Of a DNA stretch of 64,000 nucleotides, positions 14,081-28,071 are shown in pieces. The stretch comes from Eledone cirrhosa. Taxonomy: Eukaryota. The stretch spans positions 74,152,001 to 74,216,000 of the forward strand of contig OZ024747.1 in assembly GCA_964016885.1 (NCBI GenBank). The letters run 5' to 3'. A program made the position numbers and the translations under genes. Every line of letters starts with the position of its first letter. The stretch's first letter is position 1. A model generated the notes under the pieces. It saw only the letters and a list, made by a program, of their open reading frames with translations, was not told where the DNA came from and made no database searches.

Positions 14081-14130
<50 letters not shown>

Positions 14131-14445
14131 CATATATAATTGTAGAAATCATTTGGTAAAGATATGGAAGGTCTAGTGCATCTCAAGCCCGTAGGGTGAG
14201 TTTTAATTATTAAGGCCAGTTGCTACATCAGTGCCATACCAGGTACCTACGTTTCGTTAACCCGGAGGATCAGGTTGATCACTGTAGCTCTGTACGTATG
14301 TATATATGTACGTATGTAGGTATGTATATAGGTATATTTATGTATCTATATATGTATGTAAATATGTATGTATATAGGTATATGTACGTATGTATATATG
14401 TATGTATATATGTATGTATATAGGTATGTATATAGGTATATGTAT

Positions 14446-15055
14446 GTCAGGTCACCACTTGGTGCTACTGGTAACATGTATTCCAGTACAACCTGTCTCA
14501 TGGTCGGGTCGTTGGCGACTAAACTGGCAACCCCACCAAGGTTTCTTGGTGAGGAGGGTGACTTTGGACATCCTGCAGGACTAAAAACAAAACCTGTCAA
14601 AGGGCAAAGGAGCTCTTAAGAGTCAATGGCCATCCAAAATCACCGGGAGAGATGACCCCTTAGCCTTTGTCAAGGCAGAATTCTAGGAGAAGGAAAACTC
14701 TGATATAACCCCTGCAACCTTGATGGTATCCAATGATGTTGACTTGTTCTTCTTTTTGGTAAATATCATCTTGGTTAAGAGAGTGGGACTGGCTTTGTGG
14801 AGTGCCTTTGCTCACTATAAAAGCTTCACGGCACAGGCATTGCTTTATATCTGGAGATCTCTCTGCACTTGTCGTCACATGGTACCAAAGGCAAAGCACT
14901 ATGTGTCAATAATTGTCACAAGTGTCGTGTTTGTACCAGAGTTTTCAAGTCGCTGGCTGGACTAAAAGTCACACTCGTTCAGCGCATCGGTAGGGGTTCT
15001 CCTACATGGATATAAAGTAGTGGCCGTACTCGAAAACGAGTTGGCAGCCACCATA
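14446..15055 (+). mobile_element. Non-coding interspersed repeat family D (RTE 5'-UTR-like)
   Basis: Near-identical to 56735-56960 and similar to 15365-15860; contains 'gaaggaaaactctgat'; 3' end resembles 31621-31656; embedded in (TATG)n. Confidence 0.7.
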
Positions 15056-15364
15056 TAGGTATATGTATGTATGTATATAGGTATGTATGTATGTATATAG
15101 GTATGTGTATGTATGTATATAGGTATGTATGTATATAGGTATGTATATATGTATATATAGGTATGTATATATGTATGTAAATGTGCGTGTATATAGGTAT
15201 ATGTACGTATATATATATATGTATATATGTGTGTATATAGGTTTATGTATGTATATATATCTATGTACGTACGTATGTATATATATATATGTACGTATGT
15301 ATGTATGTGTATAGGTATATGTATCCATTATGTATGCATGTATGTATATATGTATGTATATGAC

Positions 15365-15860
15365 AGTATAACCTGTCGCATGGTCGGGTCGTCGGCGACT
15401 AAACCGACAACCCCACCAAGTTTACTTGGTGAGGGGGGTGATTTTGGACACTCTGCAGGACAAAAAACAAAACCTGACAAATGGCGGAAGAACTCATAAG
15501 AGTCAACGGCCATCCAAAAGTGTGTAAATATGTATATACACATGTACCGCGAGGTTAAACCACTGGGTGTGAAGTGCCCCTAGCCTTTGTCAGGGTATTC
15601 TTTTAGGGGAAGGCAACTCCGGAAATTGGGATAACTCCGATATAAAACCTGCGGCCCAGTAATTGCCGATGATGTTGATCTCTTCTTCTTTTCGGGTTAT
15701 AGCTACTGTCGCTCAGAGAGTGGGATTGGCTCAGTGCACAGTCTTTCCTCACTTTAAACAAATCTTCACTCACAGGCATTGCATGATAGAATTAGTTAAT
15801 AATTATTAATAATAGTATATCGTGCAATGGCCATACTCGATAACGAGGGGGCAGCCATCA
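15365..15860 (+). mobile_element. Repeat family D, diverged subfamily copy
   Basis: atggtcgggtcgtcggcgactaaaccgacaaccccacc... ending tggccatactcgataacgagggggcagcca. Confidence 0.7.
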
Positions 15861-16495
15861 TATAGGTATGTCTGTATGTATAATTAGCTAAATTATTATT
15901 TGTCACTTTAGGTTTGGGTAGAAGTGTATTAGATATATTAATGCCCATTACATAATAGATTACGTGAATTATTTCTTTCTAGATAATAATGCAAATTTAG
16001 CAGAGCTCTAGAATAATGTTGAGGTATAAGCTATAATAGGAATATATGACTTGAACATAAAATAATTTGATTAATCTTTCGTTAGATTACAGGATTCCCG
16101 TTGAGCCATAGCTATATATGACAGAAAAGGCTTGCATTAATCTAAACATATCTAACATTATAAAATATTCATTGCTTTTAGTATCTATACACTTGTTACT
16201 ATTAACTCCTAAGTGGAATATATAGCTTAATGTCATAGACATCTAAAAATATTGATCTTTTGAGTCTCTCTTATAAATACACGCCTGCACTCTACACACG
16301 CATGCACTCTACACACGCATGCACACTACACACGCATGCACACTATACACGCATGCACACACACACTCTCTTACATGCCATAACATCCCCCACACATGCA
16401 CTCACGCACACACCCACACTCGCTCACAAACACATAATTGTATATATATATATATCCTCACTGAACTTATAACATGAAGTTCACATGAAGATATA

Positions 16496-16550
16496 TTTAT
16501 CTGACGAAAGCGTACTTAAATATTAGTACCCTTGAAATACGTATAATAAA
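16496..16550 (+). ncRNA. Type I hammerhead ribozyme motif
   Basis: tttat-CTGACGA-aagcgtact taaatatt agtaccctt-GAA-ATACGTAT-A-ataaa; palindromic stem III typical of Penelope-associated hammerheads. Confidence 0.8.
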
Positions 16551-18279
16551 ATAAATATGGTTTTATAAAGATATTTTCCATTCATTAATATTATTGATAT
16601 TAATGATACTCCGGATAAACCCGTTAGGTGCTTCTAATCTGTTGTAAAATTAACTTTGTTGAATAATCAACAAACCAAATAACTCATTGTTTATATATAT
16701 ATATATCAATATAGAAAAGTCTTCTACAGGACTAAAAAGGTTTCCTTCGTATGAAAGTAGGAAATCAACGGATACGATTAATTCATACAAAACAGTTCTA
16801 CTCCTGTAGAAGCCATTTCTATATCATATAATGATGTTTACACTCAACTCATATGTTGAGTACCTTATTAATTGTGGGTACCCCCAACTTAACCCGGGAT
16901 CTACACACACACAAACGCGTCCACACACACACACAAACGTGCACACATCCATTAGATAAAGCGTAAAGGCAAAGGGGTAAAGAAGGGCAGATCTGGCTCT
17001 ATGGGAGAGGAAAGGACTATAGATTGTTTAACAGTAATATGAATCAACTAACTAATCAAACATGAACGAAAGAAGCGGTCACCTGACCAGCTGAGCAACC
17101 GAAATTATTGAATACCATCCTGCAAAGACGAACTTCTGAGAAAATGTGCACGGTGATTGCCGAGACGATTATACATAAGAAATAAACGGGAAGGTAAATA
17201 TATATGGGCGTGATGTGATGTTCAACAGCTATATATACATTATCACCTTAATTGATCGTTTTACCTAACACATCGACTGACTCAAATGTTCAGACTGTCT
17301 CAACATTTTCACCTTTCAATCATCTGCAGATAAATTAGCTGGAATTTTCTTCAAATTATTTCCGGCACTTGGCAAAAATAGAGAAAATAGATAGCGAGAG
17401 AGAAAAAAGAAAAGAAAAACGTAATGCAAACAAAAAGCATATTAACCCATGTTTGGCACGCGAACAGCAAACTCTCGACCTGAGCTACAATTAAAGTAGC
17501 TATTAATCGCTAACCTTTGCTCTTGTGTAGGATATTGCCAATAACACTTCTCTGTCTATATCACTTCATATTAGTTTTGCTTGAAGAACTTCTAACGTTT
17601 CGTCTTCTCTCAAACACCAGGCAACTCGAGAATATTTAGATTATAAGACAGACTTAACAATTCTCGTCTTGTCCATCTTTAAACGCTATGCTAAATATTT
17701 GCATGGACGTTGCTTAGAAAAACTAAGGATAGGATTATGATTATCTTAGAATTTTCTTAGGATATTGTTTCTTTTATTTTAGGTTAAATTTTAAGATTAG
17801 TTCTTATTATACATTATGAAATATAATGTAGAATACATTTAATGTAGGATTAACCTTATGAAATATTTATGAATGTAATTCAGAAGGATTAAGGGAAGTA
17901 TTTGAAAGAATTATGACAAATGTATGAGAGTTGTTTGTATAGAGAATTGCTTAGACAGGGGAAAGTGACTCCACTTTTGACTTTTTCCGTGGCCTCTTAT
18001 GTTTAACAGAAAATGAGGAAGTTATCCTCAAACTGATGCCATGACCCCTATGCTTACAAAAGCAAGTATACCATTTTAAAGTACATTTATGGTTATTTAT
18101 ATCACAGACAAAAGAGGATCGTGAGATATGATGGTACATATATCTATTCACGTGTGGAATATCAATTTCACCATACCATTTCAATTGACATTCGCATTGT
18201 ATAATGTGTTGTTTATAACAGAGAGAAACATAACACAGTCGAAGATAACTAATAATCTATTAATGATTTGCTGTGTTCA

Positions 18280-18604
18280 ATGTGCAAAATATCTGGAAAC
18301 CAACACACGTGATATTGTAGTTATACACAGGAATAGGCGAGAATGTAAGATTAATGATGGTACCATCCCAGAATCCCAAAATATTGCCATGAAGGAATTA
18401 AAAAAAACTAACGAAATATACTTACATAAAGAACGACTTCGCACGAATGTGTTTGATACCACCTTACATCACCACAATAGTTCCAGTTATAGGAGCTTTG
18501 GTCTAGAAACCATGACAAAGGACCTCTAAACACAAAATACCCTTCTACCAAAAGCTTCCCTCCTGGGTACTGCTCAAATAATCAGAAAAGTACTATCTAT
18601 TTAA
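18280..18604 (+). mobile_element. R4/Dong-like LINE 3' relic (restriction-like endonuclease)
   Basis: NTRDIVVIHRNRRECKINDGTIP..NIAMKE, IVPVIGAL, and KASLLGTAQIIRKVLSI*, with frameshifts. Confidence 0.8.
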
Positions 18605-18707
18605 GGTTCTTCTCGAAATGTGTAATATATGTATCTTCATTTTATTTTAACCATTCATCACATTGTGTTTTTATTTTCCCTATTATTTTGAACATCATTA
18701 TTATTGT

Positions 18708-18778
<71 letters not shown>

Positions 18779-18779
<1 letters not shown>

Positions 18780-20285
18780 TAGCAGTTTAGCCCGGCGTTG
18801 CTCGGGTTTGTTCATTTGCTATGAAAAGTTATATACAGGTAAACGTGGCTTGAAAGCAAATAAGCTTAGCAATTAAAAGTTATTAAAAGTTACGAACCAA
18901 TTAGCATTTTGGACAATCTTCCAATAATCTTCCAATAATCTTCCAATAGCGAATTTAGCAAGCAGACCAAAGTTGGAAGATGGTGGCCCTGATCCTGCTG
19001 GGTATCAGATCTGTCCCCTATGGGTGACCCTATCAGGAAATAGTTTTCCAGACGGCATAGCTCCAACACCTCCAACACCTGCACCAACATCTATAGCACC
19101 TCTTTGTAGACGATATTGCGTGTCATCCCTTGAGGAGTGTAAGCAAAAAGTCCATTCCTGCTCCCTACGCGGGAACAGGCAACATAAAGTTAGCCATGGG
19201 AGAAGCATGGCTCCCCTAAATAGATGCCCGCCACCGACAATGTTTGCCCTTGTGACTTATTAATGGACATGGCAAAACATGGTCTCACCGGGAATTGGGA
19301 TCGCCGGAAATCGAACGGGATATCTGACGCCGAGGGAAAAAGGTTCATCCTTGGCAGTGTATTCGGCAGAATTGCCAGAAGTACAACACTATGGGTGTTG
19401 TCATATTAATATTTAACCAATTAAAGTTGTAAAAAATAAATAATTTAAACATTCCGATTCATATATCTATAGCATTAATCTGTTATATGAAGTGTTATTT
19501 TGCGGGTTGTTATTTGCAATAAGCCGATTTAAAATGCCCCAGAAAAGCCGTATGTCAATACGGACTCAAATGCAGTTAAATTATAGAGAGGGGGAATAAT
19601 CTATTATAGAGAGAGGGAAGAGCGGCGGAAAGAATAAAGCTAAGAAACTATAGGGAGATGTGTAAAACAGTGTTCTCATATAGAGAGTGAAGAGCGACAG
19701 AGAAAGTAAAGCAGTTAAATTATAGAGAGGGGGAATGATCTATTATAGAGAGAGGGAAGAGCGACGGAGAGAGTAAAGCTAAGAAACTATAGGGAGGTGT
19801 GTTAAACCTCAAAGCATGAAGAGAGTAAAGCAGTTAAATTATAGAGAGAGGGAAGAGCGACGGAGAGAGTAAAGCTATGTTTGTTGTTGTATAAATTGAT
19901 GTGTTGCTTAGTTTTCAAAGTTTATGTCGCGTTCCTGAACGAAGTTTTGTCGCTATTGTAAACTGTAATGGTGATAGGGTAGTAGAGGGAGGCATTAACC
20001 TTTTTAAGAGAGTTGCAACATGTATGTAGTTTCATAGATTGTTGAGGGTAGTAGAGAGAGAGATTAAGCGTGTAAGAGAGAGGGTTACAGCATGTATTTA
20101 ATTTTATCAATTTTTTTCATAGAAGCAGGAAAGTTTTGGCAAAGTTTATTACGCGTTGACCATCGTTGGTAAATTTGGAGAAGATTGGAAAAAAATCATC
20201 AAAATCGGTAGTGAAATGTGGAAATGCGTAAAAATCATACACACACAGACAGACATCTTCCGTTTTATATATATATATATATAGA
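18779..20285 (-). mobile_element. Non-autonomous Helitron
   Basis: Minus-strand 5' TCTATATAT..AAAACGGAAGATGTCTG; 3' hairpin cccgagcaacgccggg followed by CTAG|T; internal tandem repeats at 19570-19880. Confidence 0.9.
19091..19357 (-). pseudogene. Helitron Pif1-like helicase C-terminal fragment
   Basis: LPRMNLFPSASDIPFDFRRSQFPVRPCFAMSINKSQGQTLSVAGIYLGEPCFSHG*LYVACSRVGSRNGLFAYTPQGMTRNIVYKEVL*. Confidence 0.93.
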
Positions 20286-20620
20286 ATTATTGTAAAGGAT
20301 GATGTGTCCATGCGCAGAGATGCTATAAAATATCTTATAAAATAGGGTAAAAATCCTTAAAGGCGGAAAACGAATTTGTCATAGGCTGCTATGAGACTCT
20401 AATCTCCCAGTTATCAGCTAGGGGCTTTACACCATTAAGATAGGGGACTGTGACAACCCTTAGCGTCTTAAATTAAATGGCAGCTTTCTGGGAGATATGA
20501 GACTCAATACTTTATAGTGGCTGATGGCACTTCTTTTTCTGTCTTTTAAGGGTTATCACCCTATTTTATAAGCTATTTTATACCATCTTTGTATACGAAT
20601 ATATCATCCTTTACATTAAT
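20286..20620. repeat. Degenerate ~335-bp inverted repeat (old MITE or fold-back)
   Basis: tgtaaaggatgatg...ttataaaatagggt mirrored by accctattttataa...atcatcctttaca. Confidence 0.65.
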
Positions 20621-20768
20621 TCTATATTCTTAGCGCTTCAAAGTTCAATCTCTGGGCTACGAATACCTAGCTTTGTTTATTCCTCATATCTGATTAACTT
20701 CCCATACACTTTCATATTGCCTAAGCAATTACACTCAAGTTTCTTATCAATTTTTCGTTTCATTTGTC

Positions 20769-21067
20769 TTATTTAAAAACTTTTTTTTTTAATATATAAT
20801 CTCGTTCTGGTTTGTTCTGCTGAAAATATTCGTAATGTCTTCTGTACCTGCTGAAAGAATCCAAACAACATTAGTCATTGATTGCTAATATTTTTCTTTT
20901 AGGTACCACTTAATGTTTTTGATTTAGATATTTGATATTCTCATCAATAGATATGTTACCACTTATTTAAATATTGTTTATCTCTTTTTAAAATGGAGAC
21001 TAACAATAACTGAATATTTTCATTTTCTTCTCCAGCAAGAGTACATTGTCGTAAAGTCAATTTAGTG
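20769..21067 (-). pseudogene. Two phase-compatible exon-like segments (20960-21067 and 20769-20850)
   Basis: AG/GT-bounded; they splice in phase 2 to give TKLTLRQCTLAGEENENIQLLLVSILKRDKQYLNKCRYRRHYEYFQQNKPERDYILKKKVFK*. Confidence 0.4.
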
Positions 21068-22834
21068 CTAACATACTTAATGGAATGAGAAGGAAATGTA
21101 TTTAATTCATGATTGTTGAGCGGTTTAGAATACAAAGCTCAATGTTAAAAAATATTTTAATCTGATGTTAGCAGGGACGAACAACAACTATGGGAATGTT
21201 TCGTTCTTATTCAATCTCCTTAAAAAAGCATAGATTTCTCGGTATTTGAATATTTAATGAGAGAAGATATCACTCGAGTGTTATAATATTTTGCTGGGTA
21301 AATTCGTGGGAATTCAGTTTGGCATTGAATCAATCTCACATGCTTACCGTACTCAGATCATTAGATTTAGGTATAACAGTTGTCAATGGAGTCAGAGATT
21401 CCAGGGCACTTTCTCTCACATCTTTTCTTCTCGACAATTGCCAGGCGTACGAATCTATCGTCTGCTTTAATTAAACCGTGTGACAAGGTGGTGTCATAAA
21501 GATCTTCCTTTCAAGATACGGGCGATAGGGAGATCTGGATGGAAAATCGATATGCTTGGACGTGAACAGTAATGAAGAAGAAACTTTCAATCAGGTGGGC
21601 AAAATTGGAGAAAATCGGTTACGGATGAACCTTAGATTTTCAGTTCCTTTACAGTATTTTCGTTCGTTTTTTTTGTGTGTTTTTTTTTTTTTTTTTTTTT
21701 TGCTCATATAAAAGTGATGTATATACAACGTGGTGTATGTGCAAACAACAAAACTGTCATTGTAACTACGGAATAGTGTTTTGTTTTGCTTTTTCTTTTC
21801 GAATTAATACACGAAATAAGCTTTACTTCGTTTATATCTAATTTACTCACATACATATGCGCTCACATAAATACATATATCTATATGTGTGCGTGCGGGT
21901 GCGTGCGGGTGCGTGTGTATTATCTGAACATGCACACGTGTGAATTAGAATACGAATTAGGATATTGACTTGTGGTGGTAATGGTGGCGATGATGGTGCT
22001 GGTGGTGATGATGGTGCTGGTCATATGGTTAACACTGATATTGATGCAAAGCTACGTGGCCTAGTGGTTAGGTTGTGTAGGCTTATTCTAGAGTCGATGT
22101 GATGATAGAGTTGAAACGGATAGCTGAGAGAATGGTGATAACGCTTCTGGTTGTGTTTATATCGATGAAGAAGTAGTCTTCATGTTATAAATCTAAAACT
22201 ACTGGATCTTCATGAAACATTATCATAAATAGAAGAATGTAGGATTTTGCCAAATGCAATGGTTATAAGATTGTGGCGCTTTTAAATATAAAATGATATG
22301 AATTATTTCTAGTTACACATTATGAAAACTGACATCCTAACGCTAGGCATACATAATAGTACAGAGAGAGAGAGAGAGAGAGAGGGGGGGGAGAGAGAGT
22401 AATTGGCATAGACACAGCTCCTTCCTCCTTACTCAAGAAGAAAAGAAAGATAGCCCATGTTATTAACATATAAAAAGAGATTGTGAGGAAGGTGTAGTCT
22501 GGGAACTTAAGTCGCATGGAGGAATGAAGACTTCATTTTTGTATGGGGCCACCTTTGACCTTTTTTAGTTTGACCATAGACCATATATATATATCATAAT
22601 ATATTTTATACGTTCTGAGACCCACAGAGAACAACTCAATAGCGGACTTCTGGGAGGACATGGTCTACAGGGTGCCAACCCTTAATCTAGTTGAAGTCAA
22701 ACATTTTTCATCTAAAGAAATCAACACATTATCTAATTTAATACAGTAAATATGATATGGTGTTATGTACTGTTGATTTAGCAAGCGTGTGGTTAACTCC
22801 TCACAACAACATGTGATTTATTTGAGTTTTTTTC

Positions 22835-22936
22835 TGATCTACTGTGCTTGTGGACCAATTATATTTATATTATTTTCATATTTCAAAGAATCAGCCAGGG
22901 AAAGAATAAAAGTCGAAGGACTCTGTAACACGTTGC
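22835..22936 (-). pseudogene. Exon relic resembling Cys-loop receptor M2 and M2-M3 loop
   Basis: QRVTES/(frameshift)TFILSLA....GPQAQ*I after a ttctttag acceptor. Confidence 0.3.
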
Positions 22937-24881
22937 CTAAAGAAGATATCTTCAGAGCAAACTCACTTCGCTAAACATTGCATCTTATATAGAATCTTGA
23001 CAAAGAAGTTTCAAAGGATTATTTTCATATTCTGGCATGAATGCGATCATTGTATTTTTTATTGTATAGTTTCTTATTTCATTTAAGAGAAAGTCTAGAA
23101 TGTTATTAAAGGAGTTTATATTCCCAGGAATCTGACACGAGTCAATATAAAACATAAAAATAATGCGTGTTTTAATAATAATGAGACATATATCTTCCCT
23201 GCCTATATTTATCATTGGATTATATTAATATATGGAAAAATCCCTGAAGGTTAGGCTATACGATTTGGCTTCCAAGAAGATCAGAACGGAAACGTGCGAT
23301 TGGCACTTTGCAGCTGAAATATGCTGTCTCATCTGCCAAAGCTATTTTAGAATTTCTTCTTCTAAACTAATAGTTGTCCACCAGAGAAAAAATTGTTACT
23401 CAATTATATACAGAATATTGTCTTGCAATGATAAATGGTAATACATACTAAGAATGCCATTTGCGTAGAATATATCACATTCAGCGAAAAATCTCTACAT
23501 TAAAATGAACAAATCTAAGAAATGTAAAATTCTTTAAATTCATATTTAATAGAATAGATATGGATTCGTAATACATATTAACTCAAAACATAATAGAAAA
23601 GTCCAAGAATATTTCGTTAACACATGATCAAGTGTTCGTTAATTAATCTTAATTGCAAACTATCGCTGGATTCACATGGTAGGTACGGCGTAAAAGCCCG
23701 TTAGGATAAGAAACTCAAATAAAAAAGCTGTAAAGCCGTGATTATTTCCTAGCGTGTTATCTTCCCTTGATTTCACATCAGTATATGTCCAAATTACATC
23801 CGTCAATAGTTTTAGCATACAGTTTGACCCTTGGATCAATATAGTAGAGTCTATTCTGTTACATTAGACCTTAGTTCTTTACTGTCAGTTTCAAATTCCC
23901 TGAAAAGTATCATGGGCGATCGTCTTCCTCCCTCTTTAAACAGTAAAAAGAAAACGGTCCCAATATTAAGGAATATCTATCTTATAGGTTTTGGAAATAC
24001 ACGATATATTTATAGTCTTAAATTGCAGTGGAGTTTCTTTGTTAAAGGTTGGGAGAATGAACAGCATTGTTCGATATATGTTTGAACAAAGGCAGACTAT
24101 AACATTGATGATATCACTCCCTTAAGAAGAGTAGTTTAAGGTATCTAGAAGCAAATATTTCGGAAGCAAAAGAAATGTTCTTTGTGTTGTAGGCTTTACA
24201 TTCTCTATAAAGGTGACAATTCCTATATCATTGGGCTTATAGGATGCCTTTAAAAAAATACGAGAAGGAAGATAGACGGAATAGCTTACCATATATCTTC
24301 GTAAGAAGTTAGTTTTAGAAAATACGTCTTAACTTTGTTTCACATCATTCCTGCTGCAGAAAGCATTTCTGATGGAAGTGGAATTGGATAGATAGAAACG
24401 GAATTGGTGTTTGCTTCTTTCTTTACATGCTTTTCGTTTTGGTTTCATTATCTTTTTTCAAAATTTCTTTGTGTTTCCTACAGAAAATGGTCAAATTGTT
24501 TTGCGTTGTTTAATGTTTTATTTTTTTGCATACAAGACACGTATTCAATTTATTAAAGACTCATACGAGAAGCAATTATTTTTCTCTATAATTGTTTAGA
24601 AAATACGACTCACTATACGACATATGTGAGAGCCTACTGCAATCATTTGAAATGTTTCAATTATTTTCAAACTTCGTAATTATCACAGTTTTTGATCAGA
24701 AGATTTCAGATAGATCAGGTTCTATATCTACAATGTTGTTGTTATGTTTGGTTAACTCCCAGTTCAGTCTACATAATTATACCGAATGTAGATATTTTAA
24801 TATTCTTGGCGGATATTCGGGTTTTACTTTCGGTATGTGTAGATTCCTTCAGTTTGGTCATGTAGCTGGGCATTTGTGTGT

Positions 24882-24954
<73 letters not shown>

Positions 24955-25115
24955 CACATTTGCATGTGAGTCTACATGTGAAAACATATTTGAGGAGCTT
25001 TCGATTCCACAGTCAGAAACGAACATAATTCGATCGTTCCTCGAGTTGATCAGCAGTGAAACATATGTAATATGTAATCATATATGTATATGATGTAATA
25101 CTGATTGTTTGTTTC

Positions 25116-25151
<36 letters not shown>

Positions 25152-26537
25152 GCATTTTTATCTGCTGTTGTCTCCATAGTTAAAGGTTAAACCCCATTTT
25201 ACGACTATTTATGTTTCTGTATATATATGAGCGTTTGTTGATACATGCGTCTGTGTGTGTGCACGTATGTATGTGTGCCCTGTCTTATGTGGCGTATCGT
25301 TATGTTTTGTGTGTTAGTAAGTATGTTTTTGTTAATATGTGTATCTATGCAGATAATATGCGGTGCATATGTTTATAAAAGTGTGTGTGTGAACATGCGT
25401 ATGGATGTACGCTTTACTGTGTATTGTATGTATGAGAGAGGAAACGTGTGTATGCATGTGAGGTTGTATCAAGTTGTATGTGTATGTGGTGATGTGTTTT
25501 CTCTGTACTTACCAGAAGTTTTCTGTTTATAATTATATAAACAGTGTCGCTCTTATTGGCAATTTGTCACTGGTGGTTTATGTACGTCAGAACTATTTAA
25601 GCAGTTGTAAAAAATTGAAGTCAAATAGTAATCGCTTATATTTCATTAGTTTATTTGAGTCACAATATAGGTAAGTATAGAGAGAAAAGACGGAGAATAA
25701 AGAGTTAGAGATAAGTGGAGAGCTAGACAGACATAAAATAAATATGGACGTTGTAGTTTGATATCTGATTACCGCAAGTAACGTTCAATGCTGTGGTTTA
25801 AGTTGATGTGGCTGAATAGTTTCAAATTTAATTGACGTAAGATTGAATGTTTTCAAAGCACTTGGCTATAAGGACTGTAGAACTGAGAAGTTTGGCAGAG
25901 AGGATTGCCTGCTATTGGGAATATTGTACCACGTTGAAATGAGTATATTTAGTAAATATATACGGTGTATCCACTGGAATAGATTTGGTTATAAACGTTT
26001 TAAACCTTCTCGATCGTATGTAACAAGATCAAAGAGGAACATGATGTAAGGTTAATAAGAATGTCTCTATATGTCAACCATATTAAAGCCTAGTTATGAT
26101 TGATGTCGTTCAAATCATGAATATCTAGAGATATTTGAATACTTGGTGTATTTAGATCTACATTTCTTAAACTAGATGAAGCAGCTAAGGAGATTACATA
26201 AAGTGTCCCCTATAATTTAAATAATCTAATTCTTATCCTACGAAAAATATTGTTAACTTAAAATTGCCAAAGTGTCTGGCGACATTCAGAAAACTGAAAT
26301 GAATGACTTGATATTACTGCCAGGAATGTAACAGAAATTCAGAGACTAGAAATTAGGTAATGTGGCAATTCTGAAAATAACAAAAGCAATAAGAGACGCA
26401 GGAAAAGTAATTGTTATACTGGGTCATTTATCTCCGTCGTTCTCAATTTTCCTAATATGATTTGTTTTAGTAATTTAGATATGTTACATCCACTAACGTC
26501 TAACAAGGCAAGATCTTTCCTCGATTTGGTGAGTATA

Positions 26538-26739
26538 TTAGAATTGAATCCCGAATTGTGTTTGGAAGCTGGAGGCAATTTCCTGAATGCCCTCAATTGT
26601 GGAGTATTTTAAAACATTTATAGACACAGCAACATTCGGAAAGACGGCTACCTGCTTGAGGAGGATCCCTCGTCAGGTGTGGTGGCTGTTGAAGTGGGCG
26701 TCTCTGGCCATTCTTCGGGTTAACAACATGAGACACGAC
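26538..26739 (-). pseudogene. Exon relic resembling the start of a Cys-loop ligand-binding domain
   Basis: VVNPKN..LTRDPPQAGSRL/(frameshift)PNVAVSINVLKYSTIEGIQEIASSFQTQFGIQF*, resembling 'PP..LPVxVSIxVLxIxxIxE...FxxQFxL'. Confidence 0.45.
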
Positions 26740-26859
26740 CTAGACTCGTGTATAGTTTCTGTCCCACTCTCTCTCTCTTGGCCTTACTGTCGTTGCTTGA
26801 TTCTTTCCTTTCTTCTTTTCATGTCCTTTTTTTCTTTCTTTTCTGTTCCCTTCCATGGT

Positions 26860-26933
<74 letters not shown>

Positions 26934-27239
26934 GTGCGCGTGTGTGTGTGTGTGCGTGCGTGTGTGTGCGCGCGTGCGTGCGTGTGCGTGTATGTGAGTT
27001 TTGTCAGAACAGTTTGCAAAATAAAATATTCCCTTTGAAATAAAATTACCTCCTAGTAAGGAAAATTAAATGCCTCGTTCTAATGTGATGTATTTACTAG
27101 AAGGAAATAAATGTGGTTACCATGAAATATCATTAGAAGTCGTACATTTTAATAATTTTAGAGACTGTGTGTTGTAAGGCTGTGTTCAGCACGTGAGTAT
27201 TGAATATTATTGAACTGCTGTTGGTGTTATTATTTTAAC

Positions 27240-27390
27240 TTTGACGCATAGAGTTACGGCCCTTGCCATTCTGAGTTCAAATCCCGCCGAGGTTAACTTT
27301 GCCTTTCATCCTTACGGAGTCGATAAAATAAAGTACCAGTAATGTACAGGGTAATTGCTGGCCTTGTGCCAAAAAGTAGAAAGAATTATT
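27240..27390 (+). mobile_element. Cephalopod-type SINE
   Basis: Nearly identical to the minus-strand copy at 60780-60940; B-box-like gagttcaaatcc. Confidence 0.85.
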
Positions 27391-27439
27391 TTAACTATCT
27401 GCCTATATGTCTGTCTGTCTATCTATCAATTTATCTCTA

Positions 27440-27486
<47 letters not shown>

Positions 27487-27498
27487 CTCTCTCTCGCA

Positions 27499-27538
<40 letters not shown>

Positions 27539-27544
27539 CACATT

Positions 27545-28036
27545 AATCACCTTCACCGACCAGTCTGTCGGGCGTCCATTCAGCGCCGCTGGTCACAGCA
27601 CGCCGTCCATTCCTCTCTGGATCGTGCTTTCCTCATCCCTGTATTCCCAATCGTATTCTTAAAATCGTAACTCCACCCTCGTGGAGGCCTTCCGAGTGGT
27701 CGTTTCCGCTCGCGCGGGTACCACTCGGCAACTGCGCGGGTCCACCGATTATCGGTAAACCGGGCGACGTGTCCAGCCCATCTGAACTTGCTGCGCATAT
27801 ATTCCGTGATGATGTCAATCACGCCGGACCTCTGTCTGATGACTTCACTCCTGATGTTCTCTCTCAACAAGATTCCTAGCATTGATCTCTCCGTGGCTCT
27901 TTCCGCCGTTACCAGCCTCTGCTCTTCTCTCTTCGTTGTAGTCCAACTTTCACTGCCATATAACATTGCAGGTAAAACTGTGCTATTGAAGAGGTTGGCG
28001 CGGGTGGTCTTGTCCAACGTCCCCTTCAGCACATCA
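27545..28036 (-). mobile_element. RTE-clade LINE 3' fragment (RT thumb/C-terminus)
   Basis: ANLFNSTVLPAMLYGSESWT...KFRWAGHVARFTDNRWTRAVAEWYPRERKRPLGRPPRGW; open frame, young. Confidence 0.92.
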
Positions 28037-28071
28037 CTATATGTATATATATATATATATATAAGTGGATA

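Noticed and set aside
22980-24480. A-to-I editing rescuing the stops in the candidate exons
   Set aside because: Several lesions are frameshifts, which editing cannot repair; decay or consensus error is simpler.
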